The position numbers and the translations under genes are program-made. A DNA stretch of 64,000 nucleotides from Oopsacas minuta (Eukaryota > Animalia > Porifera): the NCBI GenBank assembly GCA_024704765.1, contig JAKMXF010000066.1:186001-250000 (forward strand). Direction: 5' to 3'. Positions 61,301 to 64,000 of the stretch are shown here, piece after piece; positions within the stretch are counted from its first letter, which is position 1, and every line of letters begins with the position of its first letter. The notes under the pieces are model-generated. The model searched no databases and was not told where the DNA came from. It worked only from the letters and a program-made list of their open reading frames with translations.

Positions 61301-62859
61301 TTAAGAATCTATAATTTCTGACTTGATACTTGAATTCTACTTAGGCGAGTTACCCCAGATTGAAATTTCCAATCGAATTGAACAACTTTTACTAAAGTTA
61401 TAGAAGAATTTCAATTTGTCCCACTTGTGCCACTTTTGGAAAAAGTGGCACAAGTGGCAGGAAAAAGCGCCACTACAAGGAAATCAACTAGGGTTAGGAG
61501 GAATAAGTCAAAGTACTATTTTCGAATGATATGACTATGCTAACCCTTGAATTACAAAATAACTTCTTGGTAGCGGCCACTTGTGCCACCTTGGGCAAAA
61601 GGTGGCACAAATTGGAATTCTTCTATAACTTTAGTAAAAGTTGTTCAATTCGATTGGAAATTTCAATCTGGGGTAACTCGCCTAAGTAGAATTCAAGTAT
61701 CAAGTCAGAAATTATAGATTCTTAATAGGCTTTGAATTACCACATATTTGATTATCAATAATTATCTAATAATTATTCATAATTAACACCTTCAGAAAGT
61801 GTAAATCGAAAATATTTTTTTGAAATTCTTGAAAAACATATGTTATTCTATGGAAATTACTAGATTGCAGCTACGAATATAGACTACACAATATATAGGA
61901 GCGGGAAAGAGTATACAATTTATGACAATATATTTGTGTGGTCGAATACTTTTGTCCCTTGACTGTATACATATACATAAAAGGATTACAGAAGTGTGCA
62001 TTTTTAAGTCAGGGGGCGGACGAAATTGAAATGGTTAACTGGTGAGTAGTATGCTCATCGGAAATCTCCATATTAACCACATTTTGGTGAACATTTTCCT
62101 GTAATATTTGGATTTCGTACTCGGTTATAACGAAATTCAAGTACTGTTCTTGAGAGCTCTTATATTGTAAACTGAGTTAAATTGCTAATCAAATGATAAT
62201 TCAATTAATAAAGACTTAATACCTTTTGATGATTTAATACTCGTATAGAGGATGTTAATCAATAAGCTCTGCTGTTTGACAGGCTGTCTTTCGTCTCGAA
62301 TAAAGCGCAGTTTCTTCAAATAACCTAAATTCATATAGAAGAAATTTAGAGATTATCCACACATAAAGCTATGTCATTAATTCGGCAAAGTATAATCTAC
62401 GTAGAATATTAATAGATAAGTAAAAAGTGATATTATTAGATACAGAAATTAAAGTAAAATAAATATCATAAGTTATCAATCATATGATCTAGCATCATAT
62501 GATTGATAATACTGAAATTATGACGTATGCTCCTATCAGCATTCTAATTATAGATTTATAGTAAATTAATATTATATGTAACAGGAAATAATATTAATAA
62601 TTATAATCACCACTAGAGCATTTCAAGAAATGAATTAACTGTATTGGGGTTGTTTCCATATGATATATACTTAATAAAGGAAAAAATTTCCTAGAAGTAT
62701 TCATAAACAGTCTTTAGAACAGCGGGTCAACTTTTTTAACCCGTGGACGCCGTATAGGCCTATACCATTTTAGTACATTCTGTGGACCCCAGGTTGGCAA
62801 CCACAACACAAAAACTAACTTTCCAATTTCTGGAGTCAAATACCTTTCAACAACCCCAT
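50890..62859 (-). CDS. Predicted ARM/HEAT-repeat + ATE1-type arginyl-tRNA-protein transferase fusion (~1,174 aa)
   Basis: Phase-consistent GT-AG exons: 62859-62844, 62324-62223, 61053-60928, 60165-60078, 59751-59394, 58936-58142, 55279-55013, [54952-54892], 53738-53351, 52336-51839 and 51715-50890 (3525 nt). The first three exons and the bracketed exon are least certain. The C-terminal part has ATE1 motifs CSNC, GWYRRGG, CC, GTFHQEY, IAIGVID, SVYFFYD, SLGVYSSLKEI and YKANYKP. Confidence 0.6.
54251..54952 (-). CDS. C-terminal half (about 6 TM) of a GLUT8-like sugar transporter, paralog of 47398-48826, inside the ARM-ATE1 locus
   Basis: FKLNNIEAL...SGINLLSSYASELL...LIDKIGRK...LLGELIP...TPETKGKSVAELE aligns with the second half of the upstream transporter; no N-terminal half is visible. 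Confidence 0.75.
   Translation of the reverse strand: MNNIEALIIIMFIAIACPMSGINLLSSYASELLTNDHIDANLIGIVYPLTMIFGSVLNTFLIDKIGRKMLLLISCLGITISLVVLSIYLHIIDMICPVALENILLQYTITGVCLSSYLIAWPIVYIMFFSLVFGLGVDSVCYILLGELIPLNIKHLVSGIGIFMLFMTSFVLVTLYPIVSNSIPRCYFLFGVSILFMIVCVITFVFTPETKGKSVAELENLFNGKIIFIIDNV
55843..57090 (-). CDS. Coiled-coil + NHL beta-propeller protein (TRIM2/3/71-like, no RING or B-box), nested in an intron
   Basis: ATG at 57090. The N-terminus is heptad-rich. NHL repeats include GSGNGMLNSPSGIA..LYICDTNNDRIQIF, LSHPISICVD and LTSPRDVKV. It lies wholly within intron 55280-58141. Confidence 0.85.
   Translation of the reverse strand: MAEKFPEKDRELNFFRRINDKKFLIETYVEDLHKKANKIGEKLTNDLNKISKNFINLKENYANLQKEKDTFEEIFKENGFSGLVKEKFDRVNIQMEEIGRELDHEVNCDIILKWDQRMMDQLDCICTIDKPIFIKKQISISSPIPKPRVSIYKRLTRSEVSSCNHGSGNGMLNSPSGIATNSSFLYICDTNNDRIQIFDYTASFIYKIQHPKLSHPISICVDANNIFLTQCQPDRVIKFSVTGSYTKHYSHIDHPTGICIHAEKLYVCSYGYKNIIVLDYDLNPASNNSILCEGELTSPRDVKVTDNEELIVLDWGESTFLFFTIYGHLLRKWSGDSILNIRFPGYFDIDNRNNFILLTDANRIFIFNYEGCCLHTIGNRQTLGRLTGITLVQKDSNITIIVVNQCDSNQLQIWH
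59793..59967. mobile_element. CAGT-family MITE
   Basis: TA|cagtcaactcccgttatatc ... gatataatgctagttgactg|TA; a similar end is at 45698. Confidence 0.65.
61061..61965. mobile_element. 905-bp Tc1/mariner-type foldback MITE with 350-bp perfect TIRs and TA TSD
   Basis: 61061-61410 is the reverse complement of 61616-61965; TA on both sides; the central spacer carries two further hairpins. Confidence 0.92.
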
Positions 62860-63031
62860 TATGCAGATTTGCTTAGAATGTTCAGGCAAGCAAGAATATT
62901 TTGCATTAATTAATAAACGAGCAGCACAAGTTGTAATTCACAGGAATTACTCTAAATGAAATTATTTATGTTGTATTACATATAAAATTGTTCCAGTTTA
63001 GTGCAAATAGTCATGTAAATCTATATTGTAG

Positions 63032-63302
63032 CGTGACCTACGTAATATAAGGCCTGACTGTTCATTGGGACCATGGATTACTTAAAGTGCATACGTTGAA
63101 TATGATATGTTGAGATTAATACCGTTGTTTTTGACAATATTCTTACCAAATGGTAGATAGAAGGTAATCATATTTACACTACTACAACAAAAATTGTATA
63201 AATAAAGAAATAAGAAATGCTAGGACAACAAAATGCACTTTAAGTAATCCATGGTAGGTAATTCTATGCACAATAGTCAGGCCTTATATTACGTAGGTCA
63301 CG
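63032..63302. mobile_element. MITE with 7-bp TSD
   Basis: TIRs cgtgacctacgtaatataaggcctgact / agtcaggccttatattacgtaggtcacg, an inner inverted block ccatggattacttaaagtgcat, and attgtag on both flanks (63025-63031, 63303-63309). Confidence 0.85.
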
Positions 63303-63395
63303 ATTGTAGCTATTTAATTAAATACTAAATATTATGAATTAGTTTAATCATATATTCAATTTATAGACTCTAAGTTTAAGACACAATAGTGGGTG

Positions 63396-63938
63396 TTATA
63401 CAAATATCGAATGATGTAATGAATCTATTTTATCCTTCTTCCTCAGTCTCTCATCTACATAATATTGCATCAATTCGTCATTAGGTTCGCATGTCTTCTG
63501 TTGTTCTGTCTCATAGACCGTAACATCTGTTATTTCAAGCAATCCCTTAATTTGATCTACCCAGATCTGCATGATATCTGAAGAACCTGCACTAAAGAAG
63601 TAAGTCCTCCTCAGTGTCACCAAATCGAATATATTCCCAAACTTGTCATTTCCCAGTCCAATTTCAATACGTTGTACATCCTTAAGATTGATTATTGCTA
63701 TGGGATTGTCTTGAGTGCTGTTGGTATAATACTCCAGAGTTTTGTCAGCTCTTAAGATGAAATAGCGTTTATGCCATCTCTTCTTTACGATAGACTTCTT
63801 GAGAGGAGGAGATTTTATCAGGAACCCGGACATTATTATTTCTGAATGATTCCTACAGTGACATTTAGTACAATGAACCAGATCAGAATGTGTGGTCAGA
63901 CAACTTTCTTCTCCTTTGTAGTTAAGCATGGACTCCAT
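63396..63938 (-). CDS. PH-domain protein (GAB/DOS-like PH)
   Basis: SGFLIKSPPLKK...RWHKRYFIL...LEYY...IINL...FGNIFDL.T.RRTYFFSA...MQIWV matches the GAB-type PH pattern. The start is uncertain because it is near the window edge. Confidence 0.75.
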   Translation of the reverse strand: MESMLNYKGEESCLTTHSDLVHCTKCHCRNHSEIIMSGFLIKSPPLKKSIVKKRWHKRYFILRADKTLEYYTNSTQDNPIAIINLKDVQRIEIGLGNDKFGNIFDLVTLRRTYFFSAGSSDIMQIWVDQIKGLLEITDVTVYETEQQKTCEPNDELMQYYVDERLRKKDKIDSLHHSIFV

Positions 63939-64000
63939 GTATTCTTTATTAAGTGTGTAATTATGTTTATTAGTTATCTCAGTAATCTCTACTATTTATA

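Noticed and set aside
63396-63560. Splicing of the PH-domain gene into the ARM-ATE1 gene
   Set aside because: There is no credible phase-1 donor in the PH ORF tail, and it ends at its own TAA.

Overview
AT-rich, gene-dense eukaryotic (animal) DNA. It has short GT-AG introns, many single-exon genes and abundant non-autonomous DNA transposons. The style resembles a compact non-bilaterian genome such as a sponge, but that is inference only. About 20 protein genes can be supported. They are: an intron-containing KDZ/Zisupton-type transposase-like gene running off the left edge; a tandem two-domain ependymin-related protein; a PP2A-like gene with substituted metal ligands; a 5'-truncated DD37D (maT) transposase; an SDR; two small orphan paralogs plus a pseudo-copy; MRPS15; LanCL; a 4-exon AACS with a Rho GTPase nested in an intron; QTRT1 head-to-head with ATP5F1E; a two-domain glycosyltransferase-like protein; a 7-exon C-type lectin/Ig/FN3 receptor with a degenerate PTP domain; LRRC61; a GLUT8-like transporter frameshifted by a 7-bp duplication; an NHL protein; and a GAB-like PH protein. 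The most striking result comes from manual splice-phase tracing. It joins scattered minus-strand ORFs from about 62.9 kb to 50.9 kb into one gene of about 1,170 aa, with a long ARM/HEAT-like helical region fused to a compact ATE1-type arginyl-tRNA-protein transferase. That gene hosts a nested NHL gene and a half sugar-transporter ORF, which may donate a 61-nt exon or an alternative terminal exon. All exon models were derived by hand from splice consensus and phase, with no expression or database evidence. No tRNA, rRNA or CRISPR was recognised.
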